Assembly: GCF_026571515.1 (NCBI RefSeq)
Contig: NW_026866822.1
Location: forward strand, 62,001-126,000
DNA length: 64,000 nucleotides
Direction: 5' to 3'
From: Ruditapes philippinarum
Taxonomy: Eukaryota
Part shown: positions 38,513 to 51,779 of the stretch, piece after piece
How positions within the stretch are numbered: position 1 is the first letter of the stretch
Layout: each line of letters starts with the position of its first letter
The notes under the pieces: generated by a model
Seen by the model: the letters and a program-made list of their open reading frames with translations, nothing else
What the model was told of the DNA's origin: nothing
Databases searched by the model: none
Translations under genes and position numbers: made by a program

Positions 38513-41500
38513 ATGAAATGTTCAATTTTAAATCAGCGTAAGGTAAAAAAGGGTATGTATGCGAGGGACGAATTTGATTCGTTCACAGCTGAAACACATG
38601 AAACCAAAGTAAACGCGCCGAGTGTGTCCTAATTTCACCAGAGACAGCCAGAACACAATTGTGCACATATGAGACTATTATATTTAATTATAATAAATAT
38701 AATTATCATGGTTGATCAGTCGATTTGTAAATATTTTACTTATGTAGCACAGAAGAATTTGTCATATCTTAGTAAATTATAATATATATCTGTATATATA
38801 TACGAGTACATGTATATAATCGTACCTCTGCGCGTTATCATATCTCGGGTCGCATTAATATAGCTCTTTGGGCGTTATCAAATCTCGGTTCGCATTAACA
38901 TAGCTCTTTGAGCGTTATCATATCTCGGGTCGCATTAATATAGCTATTTGGGCGTTATCAAATCACGGTTCGCATTAACATAGCACTTTGTGCGTTATCA
39001 TATCTCGGTTCGCATTAATATAGCTCTTTGCGCGTTATCATATCTCGGTTCGCATTAATATAGCTCTTTGTGCGTTATCATATTTCGGTTCGCATTAATA
39101 TAGCACTTTGCGCGTTATCATATCTCGGTTCGCATTAATATAGCTCCTTGCGCGTTATCATATCTTGGTACACATTAATAAAGATTTTGCGCGTTATCAT
39201 ATCTCGGTTCGCATGAATATAGCTCTTTGTGCGTTACCATATCTTGGTACACATTTATAAAGCTCTTTGCATTAGTATACCTCTGCACGTTATCATATCT
39301 CGGTTCGCATTTACATGTATATAGCTCTTTGCACGTTATCATATCTCGGTTCGCATTAATATACCTCTTTGTGCGTTATAATATCTCGGTTCGCATTAAT
39401 ATACCTCTTTGTGCGTTATAATATCTCGGTTCGCATTAATATAGCACTTTGCACGTTATCATATCTCGGTTCGCATTAATATACCTCTTTGTGCGTTATA
39501 ATATCTCGGTTCGCATTAATATACCTCTTTGTGCGTTATAATATCTCGGTTCGCATTAATATACCTCTTTGCACGTTATCATATCTCGGTTCGCATTAAT
39601 ATACCTCTTTGTGCGTTATAATATCTCGGTTCGCATTAATATAGCTCTTCCATGTTATCATATCTCGGTACACATAATATAACTGCATGTTATCATATCT
39701 CGATACGTTACCATTTCTCGGTATAGTAATTAGTATATAGCTCTATTTATCTCAATATATAATATAGTACATGCATGGCCGTGGCCACAAATGAGTTTAC
39801 TATGTATAAAGCCAAATATCTGATGATTTTTTTTAAAATTTACTACATGAAAACTGTACGTTAATAATAAAATGATCTGAACCAAATATTATGCTTCTAT
39901 TTTGAGTAGGCTTTATTCATTGTGTAGCAATGGTTCCATGCAAGCGACATTCAGTCTCTGGAAAAGAAACAACAACAAAGTTCTTTCATACAGGCATATT
40001 AGAATTATTCTGATTCCAAACTAAAGAAATTATATAAACTGCAGGCGACAGAGATATCTCATACCAGGTCGATATCAGCAAATCACAAATCAATGCTTTA
40101 ATAGTAAAATCAATTAATTAAAGAAAAAAATCTTACATATGTAATCTATGTTAAAAACTCTTTGATTCCGCTTTGTAACCATTCTTGCAGGCACATCACA
40201 AGTATATTGATGTTAAATAATCTAAGTACCCTGGGATCTTTATTGTGGTCCGTCGATTGTTGTTCAGTTTTCGGTAGAACTCAGAATGTCCAACTTCTAT
40301 TATCCAATGTTTATGTGTATGTGCTATCACATGAATTATATTTTTGATTATTCCATTTTCTTCACAGCACAACTTTTTGTAATTAAATACTAAATTTAGT
40401 CATATTTTTCAATGAAAATAAGGTTGTAGGTGGTCCTTTAAGTCCGAAAGACCATCTAAAAGGGTATGGGAACAGGCGTTCCTTTTAAAATAGAAATCAA
40501 CGTAATTTACGCAAGATCAGCTCTATATCCAAATCCAGATTATTTTAATATTTAACTGGGATATTATTTTGATTACTGAATAAATAAACAAAGATTTAAA
40601 TCGATGCGGGTCAGCTGTTTAGTATTGTTTTATTATGATTTATTAGAGATTTTAGTCATATCATAATTTAATCACGACAAGATACTAGATAAGTTATTGT
40701 GATTAAACTACATATAAAAAAGGATTATCCGTAGATTAGTGTATCATATTTACTAGTTATGTTTATTAGCATGTTTGCTATTGTTTATATAAATAAAAAC
40801 ATTTACTAACGTCCCAAGTTTGATATTCTATCATCGTGTTGTATTTAAGATATTAGATGTAACACCTGATAATATGTATTGATAGAGCCCTGCACGACAA
40901 ATTATATTCTAGAAAAAAACTGGGTTATTTCATCAATTATTCTTACTCTTTATATTGGTCATGGTGAGATGTAATTGGTAACTAATATAAATAAGCGGCA
41001 CTTGAAGATATTTTGCGTGATTAAAGGTGTAAACTTTTAAGCATTACGACTTAAGTTTAATGTTTGATAAAAAAAGAAAATGCGTAAAAAATCCGATCTA
41101 GGAGTGATCTTAATTTAATGTGATTGAAATTAGACAGTAAGTTAGCAAAATTATTATTTTTACTTTGACTTTTGTATTACAGTGGACCATGTTTTGGGAA
41201 CATTTAGACAAGTGTGTACTAGTCCAGTGACTGCTGATCTTAGGGATGGACTTCCGGTCTCGCGCTCCCCACGAAAGCGGCGGAGAATAACGAGGAAGTA
41301 CGAAGCAGCACGAAGAAATGGGCATTACAAACAGTCACCGGAATTGCTGAATAATGACAGTATAGTAGAAGCTCTACCAGGTATGTATCATTACTTTATA
41401 TACACTTTAACAAGGACATTTACATTTAACACTTTACAAATGGAGTAGTTAGTCTCTGATATATGTTTCGCTATTACAAGAAACATTAACTTTTGATGTT

Positions 41501-42266
41501 CACGAGGTGAAAAATATTTCGATCTTACACTAAACTAATAAAATTTCTTTTTATTATATGCAAAGAAACGAAACACGTTTTAACCTAAAGCTTAATGAAA
41601 AGCGCGCCAAATAATAATACAACGTTGTGTCATTTACCAGGTCACGTCAGTAAGTTGGTTTCCAGCACTTTGCACGCTGGTATTTCACTGAAATAACGTA
41701 CCGGGTTTTAATTAAAAACAGTGGAAATTATCAAATTGATAATTTCACTGTTTCAAACAGTGAAATACCAGTTTTTATTTCACCGATATATTTCTATAAA
41801 CTACCGAAAAGCATGTAATAAATGATAAATATTATTATGTAGTGTATGATAGTTCAAATGAGAAAATGAAATGCAGACATTTGCGAATTTGTTCTGTAAG
41901 TTGTAAGTCCACACCTCACCTCACCACGGCTACCGCCACCGTCTGGAACTGCACATGTAGAGTAAAATGTCAGTTCGGATTTAGTTTTATATATGAAAAT
42001 ACTTCTTAAGTTATCTAGGTATTCGTCAAAGTATGGCATCAATTTTTCAATTGCATTGGTAATATACTAACAAAACGCAATGTAATTACTCTTAATGCAT
42101 CGGTAATATAGATGTTTTTATGTAATAAATTATATAACTATTGTTCGTTTGTTTTCGGCATTTTTGTTGTTGTTTCGTTTAAGTTTTAGAAGACTACCTT
42201 TTTGTAATTTCAGTAAACGTTGAGTCGAGTAAGGAGAAAAAACTTCAGTTGGGAGAAAACGCCTAA
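38513..42266 (+). CDS. Putative small uncharacterised protein (~92 aa) with basic SPRKRRR motif; candidate exons 38513-38537, 41183-41380, 42214-42266
   Basis: 41183-41380 is GC-richer, open and bounded by TTACAG / GTATGT; phase-1 junctions fit MKCSILNQ-L upstream and VNVESSKEKKLQLGENA* downstream. No recognisable domain; first exon speculative. Confidence 0.4.
38823..39720. repeat. 40-bp CpG-containing minisatellite, ~21 copies
   Basis: Unit GCGTTATCATATCTCGGTTCGCATTAATATAGCTCTTTGN recurs at 38832, 38872, 38912 and onward. Confidence 0.95.
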
Positions 42267-42523
42267 AAGCAGAGAACATGTATCTTAGAAATGAAAAAAA
42301 ACTTACTATACAACACCATTGGTGCTGATATGACCTGATCTCATTAGAGAGATTAAGATAATCTTCATGGAAACTGCGATTGATACATGAACATCAATAC
42401 AAGTAGTGGTCAACGTGTCTTGTTATATTTTCATGTTCAGATAATGAAAGACAGTTTATGCTGATACAGTAGTTAAGTTTTTTGAGAGAAGATAAAAAGA
42501 CAAAGTTATCGTTTATGTGATAG

Positions 42524-42790
42524 ACCATTTATAGAAACAAAATAGGTCATTTATAGAAACAAAATAGGTCATTTATAGAAACAAAATAGGTCATTTATAG
42601 AAACAAAATAGGCATTTAAAAAAAACAAGCTAGGCCATTCATAGAAACAAGCTAGGCCATTCATAGAAACAAGCTAGGCCATTTAGAGAAACAAGCTAGG
42701 CCATTCATAGAAACAAGCTAGGCCATTTAGAGAAACAAGCTAGGCCATTTAGAGAAACAAGCTAGGCCATTTACAGAAACATGATAGGAC
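42524..42790. repeat. 22-bp minisatellite, ~12 copies
   Basis: ATTTATAGAAACAAAATAGGTC shifting to ATTYAKAGAAACAAGCTAGGCC. Confidence 0.92.
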
Positions 42791-43005
42791 AATATATAAA
42801 CAATGTAATGAAAGTCTACATTTGTAATTAAAACAAGTGCTTGTTTCTACCAGTTCTTTTAATGTTATGGAATTATGTTTATATTTTCTGAAATGCTTCA
42901 TAATACAGCATTTTTTTTCTTCGAAGCACATTGTTATGAAGATATTTGTTAAATGTTATGAGAATCATTTTCACTTGTTATGTAATTTTTATTACTTTGT
43001 ATTTG

Positions 43006-45558
43006 TTTTATCTCACCTGAGCATAAAGTGCGCCGAGCTAGGCTTTGTGATGGGAGTGTGTCTTCGTCCGTGGTTGTCCACAGTGTCCACAATTTCTTTA
43101 GACAACTTTCTTAAACTACTGGATGTATTTTTAGCTCACCTGTCACAAAGTGACAGGGTGAGCTTTTGTGATCGCTTTCCGTCCGGCGTCCGTCCGTCCG
43201 TCCGTCCGTCGTCCGTCCGTAAACTTTTGCTTTAAATGACATCTCCTCATAAACCACTGAGCCAATTTCATCCAAACTTCACAGGAATGTTCCTTTGGTG
43301 GTCACCTTTAAAAAATTTTCAAAGAATTTAATTCCATGCAGAACTCTGGTTGCCATGGCAACCGAAAGAAAAATCTTTAAATATCTTCTTTTAAACAACC
43401 CTAAGAGCTAGAGTTTAGATATTTGGCATGAAAACATCTTTCTAATGAGTGTCTACCAATTTTGTTTCAAATAAAAGCCCTGGGGTCAAAATTGGCCCCG
43501 CCCTAGGGGGTCATTGGATTTTCCCTAATATGCATATAGTAAAAAAACAATATCTTCTTTTAAAGAACCCAAAGAGCTAGAGCTAAGATATTTAGCATGA
43601 AACATTTCTAGTGAGTGTCTACCAAGTTTGTTCAAATAAAAGCCCTGGGGTCAAAACTGGCCCCGCCCCGGGGGGTCATTGATTTTTCCTTATATGCAAT
43701 ATAGTAAAAAACTTAAAAAATCTTCTTTTTAAAGAACTGTAAGAGCTAGAGCTTAGATTATTTAGCATGAAACATCTTCTAGTGAATGTCTACCAAGTGT
43801 TTGTTCAAATAAATGCCTTGGGGTCAAAATTGGCCCTGCCCCAGGGGGTCATTGATTTTCCCTATATGCATATAGTAAAAACTTAAAAAAACTTCTTTTA
43901 AAGAACCCAAAGAGCTAGAGCTAAAAGATATTTAGCATGAAACATCTTCTAATGAGTGTCTACCAAGTTTGTTCAAATAAAAGCCCTGGGTCAAAACTGG
44001 CCCCGCCCCGGGGGGTCATTGATTTTCCCTATATGCATATAGTAAAAACTTAAAAAATCTTCTTTTAAAAAACCGTAAGAGCTAGAGCTTAGATTTTGGC
44101 ATGAAACATCTTCTAATGAATGTCTACCAAGTTTGTTCAAATAAAAGCCCTGGGGTCAACAAAATTGGCCCCGCCCCAGGGTCATTTATTTTCCCTATAT
44201 TGCATATAGTAAAAACTTAAAAAATTCTTTTTAAAGAACCCAAAGAGCTAGAGCTAAAGGTATTTAGCATGAACATGTTTCTAATGGGTGTCTACCAAGT
44301 ATGTTCATTTAATAAAAGCCCTGGGGTCAAAACTGGCCCCGCCCCGGGGGTCATTGATTTTCCTTATATGTGTATATAGCAAAACTTAAAAATCTTCTTT
44401 GAAAAAAACCCAAATAGCTAGAGTTTAGATATTAAGCATGAAACATCTTTAAGTAAATATCTACAAAAAGTTTGTTCAAATAAAAGCCCGGGGGTCAAAA
44501 CTGGCCCTGCCCCAGGGGTGTCATTGTTTTTAAACTATATGCATATAGTAAAAAAAAAACATAAAAAAACTTCTTTTTAAAAACCCAATGAGCTAGAACT
44601 TAGATGTTTAGCATGAAACATCTCTTCTTATGGGTGTCTACCAAGTCTGTTCAAATAAACAAATAAAAGCCCTTGGGTAAAAATTGGCCCGGGGGTGGGG
44701 GGGGAACTATATACAGGTGAGCGACCTCAGGGCCATCATGGCCCTCTTGTTACCAAACTTAACAGGAATGATCCTTAGATGGTCCTCTGCAAACGTTATA
44801 TAAATAGTTTTAGTCTTGTGTATATATAGGTCACAGGAGCATAAACAAACCTTTAAAGATGAAATCTTCTTAGAAGCAACAGTGCATAGAGCTTAGATAT
44901 TTGGCATGTAGCATCACCATGTGGTTCTCTACAAAAGTTATAAAACTCATTTCCATGAGGTCAGAAATGACCCTGCTATATTGGCAACTTTACATAGACT
45001 TATATAGGAAAATACATTAAAGTCTCCTTTTATGAAACTGCGATGCCCATAGCTCAGATATTTGGCTTGTAGCATCACCCTGTAGTGCTCGACACAGGTA
45101 ATATAGACAATGTCCCTGTTGTCAAAAATGACCAGTTGACCCCACCCAGGCGGTTCATATTTTTATAGACTTGTATAGGAAAATCCAGTAAGACTTTTTT
45201 GTGAAACAACCATACACACAGCAAAGATATTGGACATGTATTCATTAGATCTCAATTACAATGTCAAAGGGTTAGATATTTTGCATGTAAAAAAGTTATA
45301 TAGATAATAACCCTGTGTCCAAAATGAACATGTGGAGGTCACTTAATTCATATTAACTTGTATAGGGAAGTACATTTATATCTTTTGTAAAACTGCAATG
45401 CCTAGAGCTTAGATATGTGTCATGAAGCAGACATTTACAAATACTTTGAAAAATATAAAGCTTTGGTAAAAGAAATGACAAACCCAATGTGCCTGAAATA
45501 CTTTTCTAGCAATGTATTTCAGGTTAGCGATTAAGGGGGCCATGTTGACCTTCTTGTT
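43006..45558 (+). mobile_element. Older HINE-like element (outer) interrupted by a younger related element
   Basis: 5' TTTTATCTCACCTGAGC; 3' CAGGTTAGCGA..GGCCATGTTGACCTTCTTGTT; body resumes at 44752 (ACCAAACTTAACAGGAATG). Confidence 0.7.
43128..44751 (+). mobile_element. Complete HINE-like element (inner) with ~8 x ~169-bp tandem units
   Basis: TTTTTAGCTCACCTGTCAC..GTGACAGGGTGAGCT hairpin, (GTCC)n, units AGAGCTAGAG at ~43404, 43573, 43742, 43911 and onward, 3' ACAGGTGAGCG + AGGGCCATCATGGCCCT hairpin + CTTGTT. Confidence 0.88.
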
Positions 45559-46797
45559 GTTTTTTTTTGTTTAACTTAATAATGTACCTGTTCTCCTTTT
45601 TATAGCCCCCTCCCACCCCACAAGAAAAGAAAAAAAGAAAATGACGGAATTTGAATTGTGTGAAACTACACTGCTTAGAGCTAAGATATAAGTTAGAAAA
45701 CATATTGCCTGCTAGACCTCTACTTGAAAAGTTTTATGAATCATGTACCTAGGGGTAAAAATGCCATCAGCCAGGGGTCATTAAGTATCATAGGGATAAT
45801 TAAAATGAAACTTTTTTGGGCAAGTTTCACGAATGGGGGTCTCTTTCGTAGCTGTAAGATTTTGTTCAAAAAAAATTTTGGGGGACTGTATATTGTCCCA
45901 GTTTTGCGGTTCTCTTGTTTACATGTATATACATGTCAAGTATAGTTTAAGCTTTAGTTTTTGTCAATATTTTTATTTCTATTTTGTTCTAGTTTATTAA
46001 ATATGTTAAATTGTACTGATAATTGCAAGTATAAGTGCTAAACTGATTTGGTTAAACATTATAGAACCTGCCCGTTACAGGGTAGATAAATCATGTTAAG
46101 AAGACAATAACAAACTTGACTGTGTGCAAATCAGTTACCTCCCTTTGCTAAATTTTCTAAATTTTTCTATGTAATTTTATTATAATAGCATTAAAATGTA
46201 CATGTATGTGCACTTTTATTACTCCTTTAAACAGTTTAATGTTAATATGTTTTGATAAACATATTTACGCGCTGGCATACAGGAATATATGCCAGTTTTT
46301 TAGATGGACATTATTTTTTGAATTATAGATTTTGTTAATTTTTGAGTAATTTTTTAGAAGCGATTTAGTGTAGATTTTAGTGTGTGTTGTTTCTTAAGTA
46401 TAATTTGATATAAAAAATGATCCAAAAAACTTGTTGGCTTAAGTGAAGAAGTGTTTTGAACAGATATTTTGCTTTTATATTTTAAGTTTATATTTTATGT
46501 ATTGTTAAGACTGTTGGATGTTTTTATGTTACTTAAAGATCTGAATAAATTTGTAAAATACATCAATGTCAAAATTGTTTATATGTCTGTTTCAAGACGA
46601 ATTAAATGAAATCAATTGGTGATGAAGAGTTCGCAATACACGTATATATGTTGGTGATCCTGTAATTGTGTGGTCAAAGTTAGATGGTTTTGGTTATTTG
46701 CTAAAATACAAAAAATAACGACAATCAACAGGGACAAAACGTCTCTTATATTACATGTTTTATGTTTGATTACAGACATTTCAAGCTTTTTGGCTCG

Positions 46798-48455
46798 TTA
46801 AGCACATTTGTAAGCACCTGGACCGTCATGGTATGGAAGCATCTTTCTTATAATAGGTGATTTAGTAGTGGTAGGTTCTGGAACCCACCTGCAGTGCGTG
46901 CCATACCCGCAACCACAATGTCCGTTCATTATCTCAAACACACCACAGTGATCGCCCATCTGTCTGTACTTCTCGCACACACCTATAAATATATAAATGT
47001 GCGTGTTATAACAAGATACCTACTCTAAATCCCTCCCAATGTGTGCACGTCACGGAGAAGCCACACGGCAGGTGAAGGTCAAGTCATCTTGAGTACCAGA
47101 GAATTAGTTGACCTGTCGTGACTACCCTACTTCGGGAGGAATGTAATGCATTGTTATTATAAGTTTGGCTAAGATATATCATTCATTGCGAGTGATTTGC
47201 CGCAAGTTTTATATAGATTTTATTTTACCGATGAAATACAATATTTCATTGGTTAGCATATTAAGATATGTTCAATCCCTGAAATGTTGAGATAAATTTC
47301 AGAATTAAAAATATGTTGTTTTTTTCTATTTTAATGTTACATATATATTAAAACAAGAGTTATATACAACATAAGATAACCGACAGCTTTATGTACCTGT
47401 ATCATGATGTTGGTGAAGGTGTGGGAGCAGGGCCTGTCGTTTACTAACCACCATAAATTCCGGCTGAATGTAGCAGCATTCCCCAGTTCCGCAATCCGTG
47501 TTATTTTTGCACACTACAGCCTGAAAAGCAGGAAGAACTTATTATTTTAAATAAGCAACACTTAGCTTGTTTTCCCGTGAACGTGAAACCTATAAATATA
47601 AGTCAGATTCCTAAAAAATGATACATGTATCTTTATTTTGGCAGATGTATTTTATCATGTATGGACAACATTTCCCAATATTCTGGCCCAGAAAAAAATA
47701 TTTCAGTTTCTAGCTTTGAACATCAAAATATTTTGACTAAGGGGTAAAACATGGTATCATAGAGACAAAACACGGCATTATTAGAGGGACAATAAAGAAG
47801 ACAAGAAGGCAACACAGGGTATCAAAAGGGCAGACGGACAGTACAGGAGTAGGACATCAGAGAAAATGCAAAATAGATAACCAGCAAGCATGAATGATTT
47901 CATCTGTTTGAGTTTTTGAATGGTTATTAAATGTTTAATTTTAGTAAGTTTAAACATTAAAGTCAATTGGTCTATAATGTAAGGTCTGTAAGACAATGAA
48001 TAATTAGTGGATAGTATTTAGTATAACACATAACAACAAACCACGAACGAATTATACATGGAAGTTGTTGGCAAGTGCGAGATATATGATCCGATATAAC
48101 ATATACACAAATGTATTTACATAGCAGGTAATGTTCTAGAACAAAATATTATCATTCATCAGATAAATGGTCATTCTAAATCACTTACAACTTTTTAAAA
48201 GTTTTGTAAAGCAATACTTCGTAAGAAAATCCAAATGATACATTTCTATCATTTTCTTTCAATATTTGATATATATGTACTAATGGAAAATGTGCCCATG
48301 TAGAATTATCAATTTTACCACCAAATCAAAAAATTGAACTATTTAGAACTTACTGCAAATATTCCTGCATGCTTTTACCTCAGACATTCTGTTGTTTTAG
48401 AACTTACCTCAGAAATTCCAGAAATAACGCCTAAAATTAGTATTGCGAAAAACAT
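46798..48455 (-). CDS. Secreted prokineticin/astakine (colipase-fold)-like 10-Cys protein A, 118 aa; exons 48455-48408, 47520-47397, 46982-46798
   Basis: MFFAILILGVISGISE|AVVCKNNTDCGTGECCYIQPEFMVVSKRQALLPHLHQHHDTG|VCEKYRQMGDHCGVFEIMNGHCGCGYGTHCRWVPEPTTTKSPIIRKMLPYHDGPGAYKCA*; signal-peptide exon, GT-AG introns in phases 0 and 1, Cx5Cx4CC..Cx9C..CxCx5C..YxC spacing. Confidence 0.88.
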
Positions 48456-49658
48456 CCTCTTCTGTTATATAGATCTAGTACAACTACAATTGTTTGACGC
48501 GGATGTACTTCAACATTTATTTATAACGACTTTATCTTATCTATCAAAGACTATCCTTAAAATATTGAATAATAATACTAAATGTACTTGAAATAAGTCA
48601 GGAATCAAGGTCAAAATGTTTTAAACAATTTGTACTGCTTTACAGTCATATTCAGATATGAGCGTGCTTGAAAGTCAGCAAGAGACATTAAGTTGTGGAG
48701 TGCATGAAAGTGTATATTGTAAAAGTCAGGGGTATACATATTTCTTGAAGTATGCCTTCGATTAATTTAGTAATTCCTCACTTTTATATGGTGTCCGATT
48801 TGTGCTATTTCCTATTACTTAGTAGATTGTTTTAGGGACGAAAAGGTGAAACTACGAAGTTACTTCTTTCGCCTGGAGGGCTAAACTTCGAAAATACCTC
48901 TCGCGAAATCATAAAAACACGAAACATATGATGTTTCGCTTTGTTGCCTACTGATTGTCGTATACTTGCATGGCGGGGCGAAAATATTTTCGTGTGGTGG
49001 CCTTTCGACCTGCCTTACAATAATACGACATAAAGGTGTTTTCGCCTCCTATTTGCCGCACCTTTGTTTTGCCGCTCTAACAGGAATTTCAGAAATAAGT
49101 TTTATATACGACAATAACGACGGTGGAACGCAATTTTAGTATCTTGATATCCTACATTTGCAGGAAACTAATATAAAAGACAATGGTTCTCATATGTCGA
49201 GATTTTCGTTTTATTGAAAGTATTGTTTGTGTTGATGTATATCAAATATCGTGCATGATATTGTTTATATGTGTATCGAATCTTGTTAGGGAGAGGATTT
49301 AAAGTTTAATAAATGTGTTATTTACATACCAGATCTGCAAAAATTTGATCCAGGGACATAAGTATGCCCCAGTCTGAACAAATAAACTGTAAAGGCATGA
49401 TTGTTGAGCAGTACTATACTATCTCCTGCAATCGCAACTTTTCGGCCTTTTCATAAAGCTTCGGATAATTTCGGAAACATTTCTGCGTGTCTTTTATTGC
49501 AATGTCATGTATAAAGAGGAAGCCAATATGTACATACAACGAAGGAATTAGATAATTTGTTTATTAATCTATAAAAACATTTTCTTAATTATTTGTCATT
49601 GAGTCATTTCGTTATAATTCACAAGATGAACTTCTCAAGATTTCGTTGCTACCATCCC

Positions 49659-51478
49659 CTACTGTCTTGTTGCGCACCTATAGTTGCCAGGTCCTGGATG
49701 GTAAATCATGCCTCTTTTAGCAGAAATTGTCGTTGGCTCTGGAACCCACTGACAACTTAGTCCAGATCCGCACCCACAATGCCCATTGGCCGTCTCTAGT
49801 GGGTAGCAGAGATCGCCTTGTAAGCGATAGTTTTCGCAAATACCTGGGAAAAGTCCACATACGGTTTATCTACATAAGTTATCATTGTAAATCTTAAAAG
49901 TGTATTTCAGAAACAGAAATACTTTTAAAATCAAATCAAACACAAAAGCATTTTCGGCATAATATCGTCTTTAAAAATATCTATAAATAAATACCAGCAT
50001 GTACATGTACCTTGTTTTTGAATTTGAAGACTTACAGATAAAATAAAACAGTGGATCTTAAGTGAATGTAGATATCTACTAAAATACAAAAAAACTACAA
50101 CACCAAATATAATAAACCGATATACATTTATATAGTATGATTAGCTAAAGGTAAAGGTTTAACATTTATATATGAAATTAAACATGATCATTTTAGGTGA
50201 TCTAAGAAAATCGTAAAATTCAATAATAAATACGTAACCTCATAAGGGCATAATACGAAAGAAAAGGGCATATACATATACGAGTAAATATACAACAGTA
50301 TATATATCCTTTTGATTAAGTCAACCATGAAAAATTGAACAACTCCGTTTGTATGTCCGTTTGTTCACGTTATTTTTATATAAAACTTAAAACTAATTTT
50401 TGTAAACCATTTCCTACTTCTGACCTCTAACAACAGCTCAAAGCATGGACAATCACAAATGTTAAGCAGAAGTTAAAGATAAATACATTTAAATAAGTGA
50501 GTAATATTGTGGTAAACATTAATACATCGTTTTATAACAATCATGTTTATCAACAAACTAAATCATATATACCTGCATCATGATGTTGATGGAGTACGGG
50601 AAGTACTGCTTGCCTCTTGCTGGCCACGAGAAATTCTGGCTCTATATAACAACATTGACCTGTACCACACTCACCGCTTGTTTTACATTTAGCGACTGCC
50701 TGAACAAAATATTAATTAAAAAATATATATATCATGTTCTTGATTAAAACAACAGTATTGTAAGATTTAAAATTACTTGACCTGTCCTTAGTCCAGACCA
50801 CGTTTGCTTATTCCAGACTACGTGTGCTTATTCTAAACCAAGTTTGCTCATTCCTACTCACGTTCGCTTATTCCAAACCACGTGAACGCTAAAGCAAAAA
50901 TCAGGTTTAAACGACCCTAATTTTGTTTAAAATGCTGTATTAAACATACACCGTAATCACAATATGTTATCGTACTTTATAATTCGTGTAAGTTAAAAAA
51001 AACTTCAACAAAAACAAAAAGCGTCAAATTTGCAATGAAACCAACACGTTTTAGGATTTAGGAATAGCATAATATGGAGTACGATATCTTTAAGCACATA
51101 CTAAATTTACTGAGCTTATGCAAATTCAATTCCATTAGTTTGACCATGAACCGTAAATAAAAATTGAAACATGCATTTCAACAATCACTGTTTGAGTATA
51201 ATTACATCGTAAATGTTTATTTTCTTAAAAAATGCCACACTTGCTGTTTAATACAATCATTGCAACAGCACAATATCATTGTACGTATTAAATCTTGTAT
51301 TAAATCTTATATACGATGCAATGCCAGTCACATGTAAGAAAAAATATATATACTGACTTTTTATTGTTTTTAAAATGATTTTAAAATGATTATATATAGT
51401 AATATAAAAAACGTATCTTCATACCCCAGACGACACCCCACAGAAGAGTGCTAACACAAACGCACCGTAAATAACCAT
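49659..51478 (-). CDS. Secreted prokineticin/astakine-like 10-Cys protein B, 121 aa, tandem paralog of A; exons 51478-51425, 50699-50573, 49843-49659
   Basis: MVIYGAFVLALFCGVSSG|AVAKCKTSGECGTGQCCYIEPEFLVASKRQAVLPVLHQHHDAG|ICENYRLQGDLCYPLETANGHCGCGSGLSCQWVPEPTTISAKRGMIYHPGPGNYRCATRQ*; same exon structure and Cys frame as A; upstream TATAAA near 51535-51540. Confidence 0.88.
50795..50885. repeat. Short 21-bp tandem repeat (TTATTCCARACYACGTKYGC), ~4 copies
   Basis: Direct inspection; intron 1 of gene B. Confidence 0.6.
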
Positions 51479-51779
51479 TCTGAAGTTTTATGTTAAATGT
51501 ACCGAAGGAATTTTGTCCCTGCCTTATCTAGTCGTTTATAACGTGACAAGAGGCCGTGGCAGATAAGGTTTAGGTCGTGTTAGAAAAAGGAACGCTTTGA
51601 AAACATCAGAATGGTGAATTAATAATGTACTACACACACTTTGTTTTTGGCATTTTGTGTTGAGATAATGTTAAATGTACCATATGATATAATCAAATTT
51701 ATTGTCATATTCAATAATTGTTGTAGGCAGTTCACTAGATAATATCAAATATCCAGCCCTTAAACTCTCTGAGATAATA

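Noticed and set aside
38823-39720. CRISPR-like regular repeat
   Set aside because: Head-to-tail units with no unique spacers, no cas genes, eukaryotic context.
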